IMG/VR virus record: IMGVR_UViG_3300012890_000079
Span: 1 to 41,376 of that record
Reading direction: 5' to 3' (one strand)
Length of the DNA: 41,376 nt
Source of the DNA: a virus
Lineage: Duplodnaviria > Caudoviricetes
Each line of letters starts with the position of its first letter. Position 1 is the stretch's first letter. The position numbers and the translations under genes are program-made. Positions 26,666 through 36,065 of the stretch are shown here, piece after piece. The notes under the pieces are model-generated. The model searched no databases. It was given only the letters and a program-made list of their open reading frames with translations, and was not told the DNA's origin.

Positions 26666-26749
26666 TGGACGGGACGGGAATCGAACCCGCACTGGTGCAA
26701 GCACCGATAGATTTAAAGTCTACCTCCTTGGCCTTTTGGATACCCGCCC
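26666..26749 (-). tRNA. Class II tRNA with UUA anticodon (ochre suppressor candidate, Tyr-like body, G3:U70)
   Basis: GGGCGGG TA TCC-AAAAGGCCAA-GGA G GTAGA-CTTTAAA-TCTAT CGGTGCTTGCACCAGT GCGGG-TTCGATT-CCCGT CCCGTCC A; CCA not encoded. Confidence 0.85.
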
Positions 26750-26755
26750 GCTTTG

Positions 26756-27193
26756 CTATTTGCCGCTCACCAGCAGCCGGTACGTGTCGAGTTGCAGCCG
26801 GCCCAGGTTGATGCCTGTTTGCGTGAGGTTATTGATGGCGTTGGCCTCCTCGACTTTGGCCGTGCCGGCAACCACACGCTCCGTAGTGGCCATCACGAGG
26901 CCGAAGAGCTTCTCGAAATTGTCGGCCATGCCCGGGGGCAGGGCCGGCAGTTGCGGCTCGTACCTGATAGTGCCCGGCACCGTGGCCGGCGGCTCCACCT
27001 CGTTCCAATCCGCCATTTCCTCCCAGCACTTTTCCACCGAGCACGTGAAGTGGCTCAGGTGCGTGGCGTAGATGACGAGGCTGCCTTTGACTTCGAAGCT
27101 GCGAAACTGGTGCAGCGAGGAGTCGGGGCGGTACTTGAACCATTTGTGGATGCGGGGCCCAATGAGGGCGGCGGGCGAATCGTTTTTATGCAT
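26756..27193 (-). CDS. Hypothetical phage protein
   Basis: 145 aa with a helical C-terminus (EEANAINNL...GINLGRLQL). Confidence 0.7.
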   Translation of the reverse strand: MHKNDSPAALIGPRIHKWFKYRPDSSLHQFRSFEVKGSLVIYATHLSHFTCSVEKCWEEMADWNEVEPPATVPGTIRYEPQLPALPPGMADNFEKLFGLVMATTERVVAGTAKVEEANAINNLTQTGINLGRLQLDTYRLLVSGK

Positions 27194-27815
27194 GGCGTGA
27201 GGGGGTAGTGCGAAGCGCACGTTGTAGCAGCAGTTGGGCGCGCTTCAGGTTGATGAGGGAGGGATGGGCCTGGAAAAGGCGGGCCTGCGCCTGACGTGCA
27301 GCTTGGGTGGTGGCGAGGCGGCGGTCGACTAGCGTGGTGGCCACGTAGCGGTCGGATAGGTCACGCCCCCCGCTGGGGCCGCTGACAACTGCCTCGGCCG
27401 TAGGCACTAGTTGTAGGTTGTTGAGGGCGTAGTGGCTGCGGTCTGAGTCGCGGTGAATGACCTTGTAGCCGGCGGGCACCGCGCCGTAGGCCTGCTCCCA
27501 GAAATGCCGGCCAGCGCGCTTCCACTTGCCGTCTACCTTGACCTGGGCGATGGGCCGCCCGCGCGACTCCCAGACGCGCACCTCCCCGGCGGCCGCTTTG
27601 CAGTGGACCGGCACGGGCCGGGGCGTGCCGCGCAGGCGCAGCTCGTCGCGCAGGTAAGCATGCAGGCTGCCGTGCGCCACCCCCAGCTGCCGCGCCTGCG
27701 CGGCGATGCTCAGCAGTTGCGTAGCAGGCGTGCGCAGCCATTGCGTGACGGTCGGGGTGCGTAGCCAGGCGATAGGGCTGGTGTCCAGGGGCTTTCCCAG
27801 GGTCGGAGTAAGCAT
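27186..27815 (-). CDS. Divergent HNH_3-like protein
   Basis: RHFWEQAYGAVPAGYKVIHRDSDRSHYALNNLQLV. Confidence 0.65.
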   Translation of the reverse strand: MLTPTLGKPLDTSPIAWLRTPTVTQWLRTPATQLLSIAAQARQLGVAHGSLHAYLRDELRLRGTPRPVPVHCKAAAGEVRVWESRGRPIAQVKVDGKWKRAGRHFWEQAYGAVPAGYKVIHRDSDRSHYALNNLQLVPTAEAVVSGPSGGRDLSDRYVATTLVDRRLATTQAARQAQARLFQAHPSLINLKRAQLLLQRALRTTPSRHA

Positions 27816-27825
27816 CTTGTGTTGG

Positions 27826-28020
27826 CTAGGCCGCTTGAGGTGGATAGTTGAGAGTTTTGCGCTGGGCACGGGCGGTGGCTTCGGCTTCAGCCAGCTCCAG
27901 GCCTGGCCCGCCGCGGCGGTGGTAGTAGCCGAGGAGCGCCTCGAAGCGGGCGCCGTCGGCCTGGCGTAGCTCGCGGCGCACGGCCACGGCCATGCGCTTG
28001 CTGTAGGCCTCGGTGCTCAT
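27826..28020 (-). CDS. Hypothetical protein
   Basis: 64 aa; TGATG coupling to the helicase. Confidence 0.6.
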   Translation of the reverse strand: MSTEAYSKRMAVAVRRELRQADGARFEALLGYYHRRGGPGLELAEAEATARAQRKTLNYPPQAA

Positions 28021-29543
28021 CAGAAGGGCGCGTTGGCGTCGAAGGGAACTTCAGCCAAGGGCGCAGGCTGGCCGAAGTCGCCGGCGGTACCGATGCGCAA
28101 CCCGGTGGGCTGGTAGTCGGGCACCGTCTCAATGGCGCCCACCACGTGGGGCTCATTCTCCGGCAGGTCGCTGTAGGCCCCGGTGCGCATCACCGACTTC
28201 ACCAAGGCCGTACCCAGCCCGCCGTTGCGGTGCTTGGCCACGATGAGCTCGGTGAGGTCGGTGGTGGGGTTGCCCATCTCATCTTCCATGATTTTGTAGT
28301 ACTCCGGCCGGTAAGGGAAAATCACGAGGTCGGCATCTTGCTCGATGGCACCCGACTCGCGCAGGTCGCTGAGCTTGGGCTTGTTGTCACCGCCACGCTT
28401 CTCCGTATCACGGCTAAGCTGCGAGAGGGCAATGACGGGAATGTGCAACTCCTTGGCGATGAGCTTGAGTCCGCGGCTGATAGCGCTGATTTCCTGCTCG
28501 CGGTTGCCACCCTTGCCGGCGCGCGCGGTGGCCAGTTGGAGGTAGTCCACAGCCAGCCACGTGATGCCGTGCTCCTGCTTGGCCTTGGTGGCCTTGGCCC
28601 GCAACTCCTCGATGTTGATGCCGGGCGTATCGTCGAGCACCATGCCCATCTTGCGCAGGGCCGCCCCGCGCACCCGGATGCTCTCTGCTTCCTCCTTGGT
28701 GAGACCGATACCACGGGTGAGCTGGTTGGTGGTGTACTCTAGCTCCGTGGCCAGCATCTTGGTCACGAGCTCCTCGCTGCTCATCTCCAGGCTCGAAATC
28801 ATACCCGGGTAGCCGGCGGCCACCGCCTTGCGGGCCGTGGCCAGCATCAGGCTGGTTTTGCCCATGCCGGGCCGGGCGGCCTCGATGATGAGGTTGCCCG
28901 GCTGCCAGCCGCCGGTAATGCGGTCGAGCGCCCACAGACCCGACGGCACCCCGGTAATACCCGACTTGACCTGGCTGGCAGCGATAATCTTATCGACCAC
29001 GCGGTCGTAGAGCTCGCCCACGAGTTGAGGCCGGCGCACCTGCATCGAGGTGCTCAGGTTGTTAAGGGTAGCGTAGGCATCAGCCAGCAGCGTATCAGCC
29101 GGCACCATCGGGTTGCGGGCCTGGGCCAGCAGCTGCACGGCCACGTTCCAGATTTCGCGCTTGGCGTGGTGCTCCAGCAGCATGGCGCAGTGCGTGGGCA
29201 GGATGCCGGCGCCGCTCATGTAGCTGGCCAGGCCCGCCACGCCGGCCGGGCCGCCCGCCTCGCTGAGCTTGCCGGCCGCGGCCAGTTGCTGCACGACGGT
29301 CAGCGTATCGACGGCCTGGCCGCTGGTGCTCAGCGTGACGATGGCCCGAAACACGTGCTGGTGGGCCGGGATGTAGAAGACGCTGGCATTGGCGCGCAGC
29401 AGGGCCAGTACCGTGGGCACGGCCGGCGCTTCGAAGAGCATGGCGCCCAGTACGGCGGCCTCGATGTCGGGCGCGTTGGGCGGGGGCAGCGTTTCGGTGC
29501 GGGCCGGCCGCGGCGCCGGTAGGGTGAATTTGGAAGGTTGCAT
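28020..29543 (-). CDS. dnaB: Replicative DNA helicase
   Basis: AARPGMGKT, SLEMS, VDYLQL, ALSQLSR, SDLRESGAIEQDAD, AKHRNG. Confidence 0.97.
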   Translation of the reverse strand: MQPSKFTLPAPRPARTETLPPPNAPDIEAAVLGAMLFEAPAVPTVLALLRANASVFYIPAHQHVFRAIVTLSTSGQAVDTLTVVQQLAAAGKLSEAGGPAGVAGLASYMSGAGILPTHCAMLLEHHAKREIWNVAVQLLAQARNPMVPADTLLADAYATLNNLSTSMQVRRPQLVGELYDRVVDKIIAASQVKSGITGVPSGLWALDRITGGWQPGNLIIEAARPGMGKTSLMLATARKAVAAGYPGMISSLEMSSEELVTKMLATELEYTTNQLTRGIGLTKEEAESIRVRGAALRKMGMVLDDTPGINIEELRAKATKAKQEHGITWLAVDYLQLATARAGKGGNREQEISAISRGLKLIAKELHIPVIALSQLSRDTEKRGGDNKPKLSDLRESGAIEQDADLVIFPYRPEYYKIMEDEMGNPTTDLTELIVAKHRNGGLGTALVKSVMRTGAYSDLPENEPHVVGAIETVPDYQPTGLRIGTAGDFGQPAPLAEVPFDANAPF

Positions 29544-29545
29544 GG

Positions 29546-30547
29546 CTAGATGATGGGTTGCTGCTGCGCGGTGGCAGCGGTTTTGATATTGAGCTTGGCC
29601 TGGGTAGGCGGGGGCAGCGGCTGGCCGGGGCCGGCAGGTCGGGCCTGCACCTGGGCAGCGATGGCGGGCCAGGTGCAGCTGCACCACACGCCGTTGGTGT
29701 AGGGGCCATCCGGATGCTGCGGGTCGCCTAGCCAGTCAGCCAGCTTGTGGGCCCGCACCCCGGGCCGCATGTGGCCCGCCTGGTAGCCGGCCACCTGGTT
29801 GCGCAACTCGGCGAGCTTGCCCTGCTGGGCTTGGTACTTGGCCAAGGCGTAGAGTCGGCTCCAGCCGGGAAAGCCCTGCTGCTCCGAAAAGCCCCACATT
29901 TGGCCCATCTGCGTAGCGAGTGCCTTGACTTCAGTCAGCAGCGCTGCCGGTAGCTCGGCAGCCGCCACGGGCCGGGACTCGGCAGCGTGGGGGGGCTCCG
30001 CAACGGGGGGCACTAACTCTGAAATTTTGGCGGGCAGAGGGGCGGCAGTTATTTCCTCCGCAGCCTCGCCCACACACGCACTCGCGGGAAGGGTGTGGTC
30101 TTTTCTATTCTTGTCTTGTCTATTCCTTATAGGTGGGGAATTTTTCCCCTTATCTTCAGCCAATTCCGGAAAGTCGTGGGGAATTTTTCCCCTTACATCT
30201 CCCTCTTCTGGCTGCTCCTGTGGGGAATTTTTCCCCATACTTCCGACCCATTTAGCGGCCGGCTCATAGTTCAAATGCCACTCTCCGGAGCGACTTGTAT
30301 CCCCGCTGTAGTGGCGAATCAGGCCCCGCTCCTCAAGTGTTGCCACCGCCGAGGGCAAGGTTTTTTTGTCGATGCGCAGGTCGGCATATACCTGTGAGGC
30401 CCGGCGGTAGAGCTTGCTGGGCCAGTGCACCGGGCGGGCGCGGTTGAACTCGTTGAGCAGATAGAAATAGAGCTTGCTGGCCGCCGGCGCAATCGTGCGC
30501 TCGGCGTCCAGTTGCCAGAATTGCTCAAGTAGTTCGAAATAGGACAT
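29546..30547 (-). CDS. Phage replication initiator (N-terminal winged HTH)
   Basis: KLYFYLLNEFN...LEERGLI; internal iterons; upstream of dnaB. Confidence 0.8.
   Translation of the reverse strand: MSYFELLEQFWQLDAERTIAPAASKLYFYLLNEFNRARPVHWPSKLYRRASQVYADLRIDKKTLPSAVATLEERGLIRHYSGDTSRSGEWHLNYEPAAKWVGSMGKNSPQEQPEEGDVRGKIPHDFPELAEDKGKNSPPIRNRQDKNRKDHTLPASACVGEAAEEITAAPLPAKISELVPPVAEPPHAAESRPVAAAELPAALLTEVKALATQMGQMWGFSEQQGFPGWSRLYALAKYQAQQGKLAELRNQVAGYQAGHMRPGVRAHKLADWLGDPQHPDGPYTNGVWCSCTWPAIAAQVQARPAGPGQPLPPPTQAKLNIKTAATAQQQPII
30133..30236. repeat. Three palindromic iterons (probable origin)
   Basis: GTGGGGAATTTTTCCCC at 30133, 30176 and 30220 (43-44 bp period). Confidence 0.8.
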
Positions 30548-30553
30548 GGGTCG

Positions 30554-31504
30554 TTAGGCAGTAAAGAGTTGGGACTGGGCGGCTGCCTTAGCCTTGGGGT
30601 CGAGGGAGAGCAGCGGCTGCTCCAGGTGGAAATGGCGCAGCACTTTGAAGGTGCGCTCCACGTCAGACATGGCCCGGTGGGCACCTTGGTTGCTGAACTT
30701 TAGGCGGTCGCAGAGGTCGGTCAGGCCGCACTTGGCGCCCTTGGCCGAGCGGGCCCGCGCCAACTGAAGCGTGCAAAACCACTTATTGGGCAGCATCTCC
30801 CGGCCCTGGCGCATACAGGCATGCTGGAGCTTGCTGCGGTCGGCGCCGACGTTGTGGGCGATGAGCAGCGAGTCCCCGGCTAGGGTGATGAACCGTTGCA
30901 GGACAGCCGTTTCCGGCGTGGCCCGCCGTACCTGTTGCTCCGTGATGGTGGTCAGTTCCGTGGTCTTGGGCCAGAGCCAGTCGGTGAAGCGCACGAACGA
31001 CTGGTACCGGTCCACTTCCTGCCAGTTTTTATAGCGAATGGCCGCTAGCTCCAGCATAAAGTCGCCCTGGTACTCGGTGTCGATGATGGTGAAGTCGTCG
31101 AACAGCCCAGTACTGGGCTCGGGCTCGGGGTCGGGCGTGGTGACCACGAGCAGCGGCGCCGTCTTCGGTGCACTGGCTAGCCCGCGGATGCCATTGAGTT
31201 TTTCCTGGGCCAGCTTGCGCTGCTCACGCTCGAACGCGGCCTGCTGCTTGCGCTTTGTCGAGTCCTGGCGAAAGCGCAGCAGCGCCTTTGTGTATTCGAG
31301 CTTGGTCGAGCGCTGCACGCCGAAGGGCAGGCCAAAGCCCAGGCCCGCCGGCCGGAACATGGTCTTATCCTCGTATTCGACGACAGACTCCAGGCGGTCG
31401 CGCTTGCCCCCAAGCGTGAGCTTCAAGTACTCCCGTTTCCAGGAGTACTTGCTGTGGCTCATCGAGGAGTGCAGCAGAAAGTAGAAGGCCTGCGCGCTGC
31501 TCAT
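30554..31504 (-). CDS. DEDDh 3'-5' exonuclease with an extra N-terminal domain
   Basis: IIDTE...IAHN...CTL...AHRAMSD. Confidence 0.9.
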   Translation of the reverse strand: MSSAQAFYFLLHSSMSHSKYSWKREYLKLTLGGKRDRLESVVEYEDKTMFRPAGLGFGLPFGVQRSTKLEYTKALLRFRQDSTKRKQQAAFEREQRKLAQEKLNGIRGLASAPKTAPLLVVTTPDPEPEPSTGLFDDFTIIDTEYQGDFMLELAAIRYKNWQEVDRYQSFVRFTDWLWPKTTELTTITEQQVRRATPETAVLQRFITLAGDSLLIAHNVGADRSKLQHACMRQGREMLPNKWFCTLQLARARSAKGAKCGLTDLCDRLKFSNQGAHRAMSDVERTFKVLRHFHLEQPLLSLDPKAKAAAQSQLFTA

Positions 31505-33675
31505 GCTGCTACCTCCTGCTTTTGGCCCTGTTTGCGCTCTGAGTGGGCGGCTAGCAGCTGTTCATCCGACCAACCCAATTCCTTACACAGGGCTGGCAGG
31601 TTGCTCGGGTGCTCTTCGTGCAGCCAGGTAATGAGTTGCAGGTCGAGCAGCAGCGATTGCAAAGCAGGCGTCTCCATTTCAGCCAGATAGCCAATTAGTT
31701 GCTTGCGCTCCGACTCATCCATGTAGGTGCGAGTAGACATCTCGCCCCAGCCGTAAACCTGTTGCAGCATTTCGCGCACCGCCTTGTGCGGGCCATACTG
31801 CAAGTCGCTCAGCAGCATGCGGCGCAGCAGCACAGCCGTGTAGATGCCTTGGCCATGCACATCAGCCGTGAGTTGATAGTAAGCCTGCCGACGGGCCGCG
31901 CCCAGGGCACGCACCTTGGCGGCATCGTCCTTTTCCTTTTGGGTTTCCTTAGCCTTTTCCTGCTTGATAGCGGCCACCACATCGGGTTGGCTAGCTACGG
32001 CAGCATCGAGCACTACCTCCACTATCTGGCCAGCCCGGGCGCCCTCCGTCATCAGCGCAGGGCGCACCCGGCCCTGGGCCCGAAATTGGTCTACAAGGGC
32101 ATCAGGAAAGCTGTTCGTATTCTTAAACTTATTGAGGTTGAGCACGTCAGCCGGCACTCGGCTCCAGTGGTCGGCTACTTTTAGCACCGGCTGGCCATTA
32201 GTAGCCAGCTGCTCACTCATGCGCGCCACGTAGCGCGTCACCTTCTCACCGAAGCAGCCACCGTCGAGGCAGATGTTACCGCCCATTTCGTCGAAGAGGT
32301 AGGGCGTGTTGCCCGTGCGCTTGGGGCAGGTAAGGCAGGCGCCGGCCACAGGGTAGAGCGTAGCATCATCCTTCGGGAAGGCTGCCTGCTCTAAATCATG
32401 CGTCTTGAACTGGCGCTCGATGTAATTTCGGATATCCGCCGCGCTGTAAAGCCGACGCATCACGCCGGCTACCTCTACTTTATCGCCGTAGCCAGCATCA
32501 AGCTGTTGATGAGCCTGGGTCTGCTGGGCACGCGTGAGCCGGGCTAGTTGCTGGGCTGAGCCGATAAGCAGGCGGCCATGCTGCAAAGCATCTACCCACT
32601 CAGGCAACAACTCCATCAGCCGGGCGCGCTCGGCTACGAAGCGCGCGGGCTTGCCCACCTTCGCTGCAATCTCCTCGAGGGGAAACCCATTCTTTAGTAG
32701 CTCAGCAAAGGCATGTGCCTCATCGGCCGGGCGCACATCCACGCGCTGCAAGTTCTCCAGCAGCTGCACCTCCAGAAATTCGCGGTCGGTAAGGTTGCGC
32801 ACCGTCGCCGGCACCTCGGCTAGGCCAGCCGACTGGGCCGCGCGGTAGCGGCGGCCGCCGGCCACGAGCTCATACTGGCCAGCCACCGAGTGGGGCCGCA
32901 GCACGATGGGCTGTAGAATGCCGTGGGCCTTCACGCTCTCGGCTAGCTCAGCCAGGGCGGTCTCGTCGAATACCTTGCGGGTGTTGGTGGTCACGACGAT
33001 GCTGTCGATGGACACCACACGCAGGCCAGCCGCAGCTGTATCGAGTATGCCGGTGAAGTGGGCGGGGGTAAGCTTCTGCTTAGCGGCGGGGCTAGGTGCG
33101 GGCGCCGGCTCGGTCTGTTCTGACTTTATTTCAGCAATGCCAGCAGCAGTAGGTTTGTAGGTGCTACCGTTGGCAAAGGGCAATAGCTCTACTAGTCCAG
33201 CGGACTGTAACTCGTTTAGCTCAGCGCCCTGGGTAAAGTCTTTGGCGTGAGCCAGTAGCTCACCATCCCTTACCGTCCTTTCCAGCAGGTTCCACGCTGC
33301 TATACTCATTTCCAGTTCGGGCTGGGCCGATGGAGCGGGTGCAACCTCGTCGAGAGGCTGTTTCAGGTTCTCGCCCAGGTCGGGCAGACGCTTCAGGTAG
33401 CATAGCAGGATGCCAAAGTCATCACCCTCCCAGCCTACCGGCTCTACCTGCACGCTCTTTTTCTGCGGGTCATAGTCGCCCAGTACCTTCACGAGCTTGC
33501 CCGACAGGCGCTTACTCACGTCGGGCAGCACCGTCGCCATGTCGCCCTCGAGCAGTTCGTTACCGTCGCAGTCGAGCCAGGGCAAGATAGGTTCAGGTTG
33601 AATTGGTGCTGGGGCCGGCGCCGGCATCACATCGGCCTCAGTGGCCACCGGTACTTTTTTAGTTTTAGTAGCCAT
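31501..33675 (-). CDS. Large ParB/Spo0J-domain protein
   Basis: GILQPIVLRP...LVAGGRRYRAA...LLENLQR; CxxC...C cluster. Confidence 0.9.
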   Translation of the reverse strand: MATKTKKVPVATEADVMPAPAPAPIQPEPILPWLDCDGNELLEGDMATVLPDVSKRLSGKLVKVLGDYDPQKKSVQVEPVGWEGDDFGILLCYLKRLPDLGENLKQPLDEVAPAPSAQPELEMSIAAWNLLERTVRDGELLAHAKDFTQGAELNELQSAGLVELLPFANGSTYKPTAAGIAEIKSEQTEPAPAPSPAAKQKLTPAHFTGILDTAAAGLRVVSIDSIVVTTNTRKVFDETALAELAESVKAHGILQPIVLRPHSVAGQYELVAGGRRYRAAQSAGLAEVPATVRNLTDREFLEVQLLENLQRVDVRPADEAHAFAELLKNGFPLEEIAAKVGKPARFVAERARLMELLPEWVDALQHGRLLIGSAQQLARLTRAQQTQAHQQLDAGYGDKVEVAGVMRRLYSAADIRNYIERQFKTHDLEQAAFPKDDATLYPVAGACLTCPKRTGNTPYLFDEMGGNICLDGGCFGEKVTRYVARMSEQLATNGQPVLKVADHWSRVPADVLNLNKFKNTNSFPDALVDQFRAQGRVRPALMTEGARAGQIVEVVLDAAVASQPDVVAAIKQEKAKETQKEKDDAAKVRALGAARRQAYYQLTADVHGQGIYTAVLLRRMLLSDLQYGPHKAVREMLQQVYGWGEMSTRTYMDESERKQLIGYLAEMETPALQSLLLDLQLITWLHEEHPSNLPALCKELGWSDEQLLAAHSERKQGQKQEVAA

Positions 33676-33677
33676 CA

Positions 33678-34472
33678 CTAAGCAGCTTGAGGTTGTGGTT
33701 TCCAGTTCTTCCAAGCCAGGTAGGCATCCTGGCCAGTGCCCGTGCGGGCCGCCAGGGCGTAGGCCATGCGGCGCGGGTGGCTGGGTAGCAGCTTGCGCAT
33801 TTCCTCCAGCATGCGGCCCATCGGGGTGAGCCCGGGGCTTTTCGTCTTGGCGCTCACGCGGGCATTGAGCACGGGCGTGGCCACCTCACGAGGCGCCCGC
33901 TCTTTCTTCTGGCTGCTGGCTTTGGGCTTGCCCTTGGTGGCCTGGCTTTGTGCGGCCGATTTGGCTTCCTTGGTGCGCTTGAGGCCACGGTTGGCGGCCC
34001 AGCTCATAATCTGCTGCCGGCTGCGGCCGGGCGCTAGCGCTAGCAAATCTGGCCAGGTAGCCGTGGAGTAGAGCCGCTGGATATTGGTTTGCTCCTGCTC
34101 GGTGAACACTTGCTTCGCAAGGGGCGGGGCCGAGGGCGGCACCACCACGGCAGGTGCTACCACTGCTAGGGCGCGCGCGGGCGCCGCGGTAACTACCACC
34201 GCAGATGCTGTCTGTTTTTGGTGCCGCTCCAACTGCACCCGCGCGCGGGCCAAGGCCACGTTTATAGCGACCGTGCGCTCCTGATTAGGTAAGGCGCTGA
34301 GACCAGCCACGATAGTAGCTAGCTGCGGCTCGGATGCCGCGCGCATGTCGTTCATAAATTGCTCGGCCAGGGCTAGCGCGTCAGTAGCTGGCAGCACCTT
34401 GCTGGGTGTAGGTGGTGGCGCTGGCGGGCCAGCCCCCTTGCGGCGTGCGGGCCGCAAAACAGTTGTTGTCAT
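33678..34472 (-). CDS. Hypothetical basic protein, possible Myb/HTH-like segment
   Basis: FTEQEQTNIQRLY...LAPGRSRQQIMSWAANRGLKR. Confidence 0.65.
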   Translation of the reverse strand: MTTTVLRPARRKGAGPPAPPPTPSKVLPATDALALAEQFMNDMRAASEPQLATIVAGLSALPNQERTVAINVALARARVQLERHQKQTASAVVVTAAPARALAVVAPAVVVPPSAPPLAKQVFTEQEQTNIQRLYSTATWPDLLALAPGRSRQQIMSWAANRGLKRTKEAKSAAQSQATKGKPKASSQKKERAPREVATPVLNARVSAKTKSPGLTPMGRMLEEMRKLLPSHPRRMAYALAARTGTGQDAYLAWKNWKPQPQAA

Positions 34473-34506
34473 ACTTTTGTGGGGTAAGTGGTTAAAAAGT
34501 GAGTTG

Positions 34507-34528
34507 GGCCACCGTGACAGCGGTGGCC
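34507..34528. terminator. Hairpin 3' of the tRNA-like element
   Basis: GGCCACCG-6nt-CGGTGGCC; T-run follows on the + strand. Confidence 0.45.
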
Positions 34529-34536
34529 TTTTCTCG

Positions 34537-34604
34537 TGGGGGTGACGGGGCTCGAACCCGCTGAACTGCCCGGATGCAGCGCCGCCCGTTGCGGCTTCAC
34601 CCCC
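34537..34604 (-). ncRNA. Compact tRNA-like RNA, 68 nt
   Basis: GGGGGTG AA GCCG-CAACGGG-CGGC GCTGC-ATCCGG-GCAGT TCA GCGGG-TTCGAGC-CCCGT CACCCCC A. Confidence 0.7.
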
Positions 34605-34611
34605 AGCACGG

Positions 34612-35730
34612 TTAGGCGGCCTGAGCCACGGCAGCGCCGGCTCCGCCCTCTCGTTGTATGATAGCCTGGTCGAGGGTCGCAATCAGTTGCTGGGCACGGT
34701 CTTTATCGAGGCGGTTGAGGAAGAGAAAAACCGCCGTCCTTTCTGCGCGCGTGATGACAGGTATCTCTATCAACTGCTTGATTTTTCGCTTCTGCTCGTC
34801 GGTGGCGAATACCAGCGGGGCATTCCCATCAATAGTGGGTTGGTCGCGGAAGCCAGCTACCAACGCCGTGCTGCCGGCTGGAGCGGCCGCCTGCGTCGCT
34901 ACCTCACGCTTGCTTTGCTTCTTCTTCGGCTGCTTCTCCAGCCAGGCCAGAACTGTTTTGCCCTTCGCCTCAGTAAGCATATCGATGTTATCGACCAGCT
35001 TGGTTTCATAGCCTTCGCCGCCGGCATAGTTGGCATCGAAGGCATCGACGGCCAGCAGAATGAGCTTGCGAGTCTGGGCGCTTAGCAATTCACCTTCTAC
35101 GCTGGCCAGGGGGCCAGCCACACCCGCATCCTGGCCAACCGGCTCTTCGACGAGCGAGGCCTCAGTGCCATACTCGGCTGCGGCGGGTAGGCTCACGCGC
35201 GTAGCCTGCGGCATGGTATCGAGCTCGCTTTCGTCGAGCATGCCCAGGCCGCAGATGCTGAGCGTGGCCCGGCGTTTGGCCTTGGTCTCCGCTTTCATAA
35301 AAGCATTGGCCAGGTTCTCGCCCGTTAGCGTGTTGCCCCGCCCATCAATAAGCGACACCACGCCCGAAGCGGCGTCGGTGCGGCCGGTACCGTCCGTGAC
35401 TGAGGCCACAACCAAGTACACGTCGCCCTCCTTGCGGGCCTCAATGTTGGTCACGCTCACACCCCAGAGCTTGCGCAGCTGCTCGGTGCACGACTTGGTG
35501 GCGTACATGATTTCCTTGCCCTGAAATTTGAGAATCTGGAAAGGCTGCGTGTGCGGGTTCAGATTCAGCGAGTTGCAGAGCTGCACGTAGTACTTCACAC
35601 GTGCCTGCGGATTCATCTTCGAGAGGTCGCCACCGAGTACGAGGTCAGCGATGATGTTGGCCTGCTCAACCGAGAGCGTAGCCGGGGCGGCAGCAGGGGC
35701 AATGGTGAGGGCGGTTGATTTGAGTGTCAT
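34612..35730 (-). CDS. Single-strand annealing recombinase (Bet/RecT-like)
   Basis: LCNSLNLNPHTQPF...ANAFMKAETKAKRRATLSICGLG; start MTLKST. Confidence 0.75.
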   Translation of the reverse strand: MTLKSTALTIAPAAAPATLSVEQANIIADLVLGGDLSKMNPQARVKYYVQLCNSLNLNPHTQPFQILKFQGKEIMYATKSCTEQLRKLWGVSVTNIEARKEGDVYLVVASVTDGTGRTDAASGVVSLIDGRGNTLTGENLANAFMKAETKAKRRATLSICGLGMLDESELDTMPQATRVSLPAAAEYGTEASLVEEPVGQDAGVAGPLASVEGELLSAQTRKLILLAVDAFDANYAGGEGYETKLVDNIDMLTEAKGKTVLAWLEKQPKKKQSKREVATQAAAPAGSTALVAGFRDQPTIDGNAPLVFATDEQKRKIKQLIEIPVITRAERTAVFLFLNRLDKDRAQQLIATLDQAIIQREGGAGAAVAQAA

Positions 35731-35794
35731 ACCTTTGTCGAGGAAATAGTTGAATGGATTGGCCGCTGGGTGTGCGCCCAGCGGCTTTTCTTTT

Positions 35795-36040
35795 TTAGCG
35801 GGTGCTGGCCAGCCCGGCGGCGGGCGCCTCCTCGGCCACGCGCAGCGGGTGGGTGGGCTCGCCGAATGGGGAGAGGGCCGCGCCGATGATGGTGAGCGCC
35901 AGCAGCCCCACCACGATGGCCAGGGCGGCTTTGAGCTTCTCAATGCGGCGGTACAGCGGCTGCTGGTCGTAGGGCAGCATGGGCACCGGCGGCGCGGGCA
36001 CCGCAATGCGCTTCAGGTAAGGGTTGGGAATGGGAGGCAT
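35795..36040 (-). CDS. Small single-TM early protein
   Basis: 81 aa with ALAIVVGLLALTIIGAAL. Confidence 0.6.
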   Translation of the reverse strand: MPPIPNPYLKRIAVPAPPVPMLPYDQQPLYRRIEKLKAALAIVVGLLALTIIGAALSPFGEPTHPLRVAEEAPAAGLASTR

Positions 36041-36065
36041 GAGGTGGGTGGAAATAGGTGGTGAC

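Noticed and set aside
25978-26700. 240-aa extended ASCH ORF from the track
   Set aside because: The extension overlaps the tRNA and a small ORF; the family motif starts at MKAISL (26484)
26707-26723. Reading the tRNA as Leu(UAA)
   Set aside because: The 5-bp stem GTAGA/TCTAT fixes the loop as CTTTAAA, which centres TTA, not TAA
30133-30236. Mini CRISPR array
   Set aside because: Repeats are 17 bp, lie inside an intact replication gene, and there are no cas genes; iterons fit better
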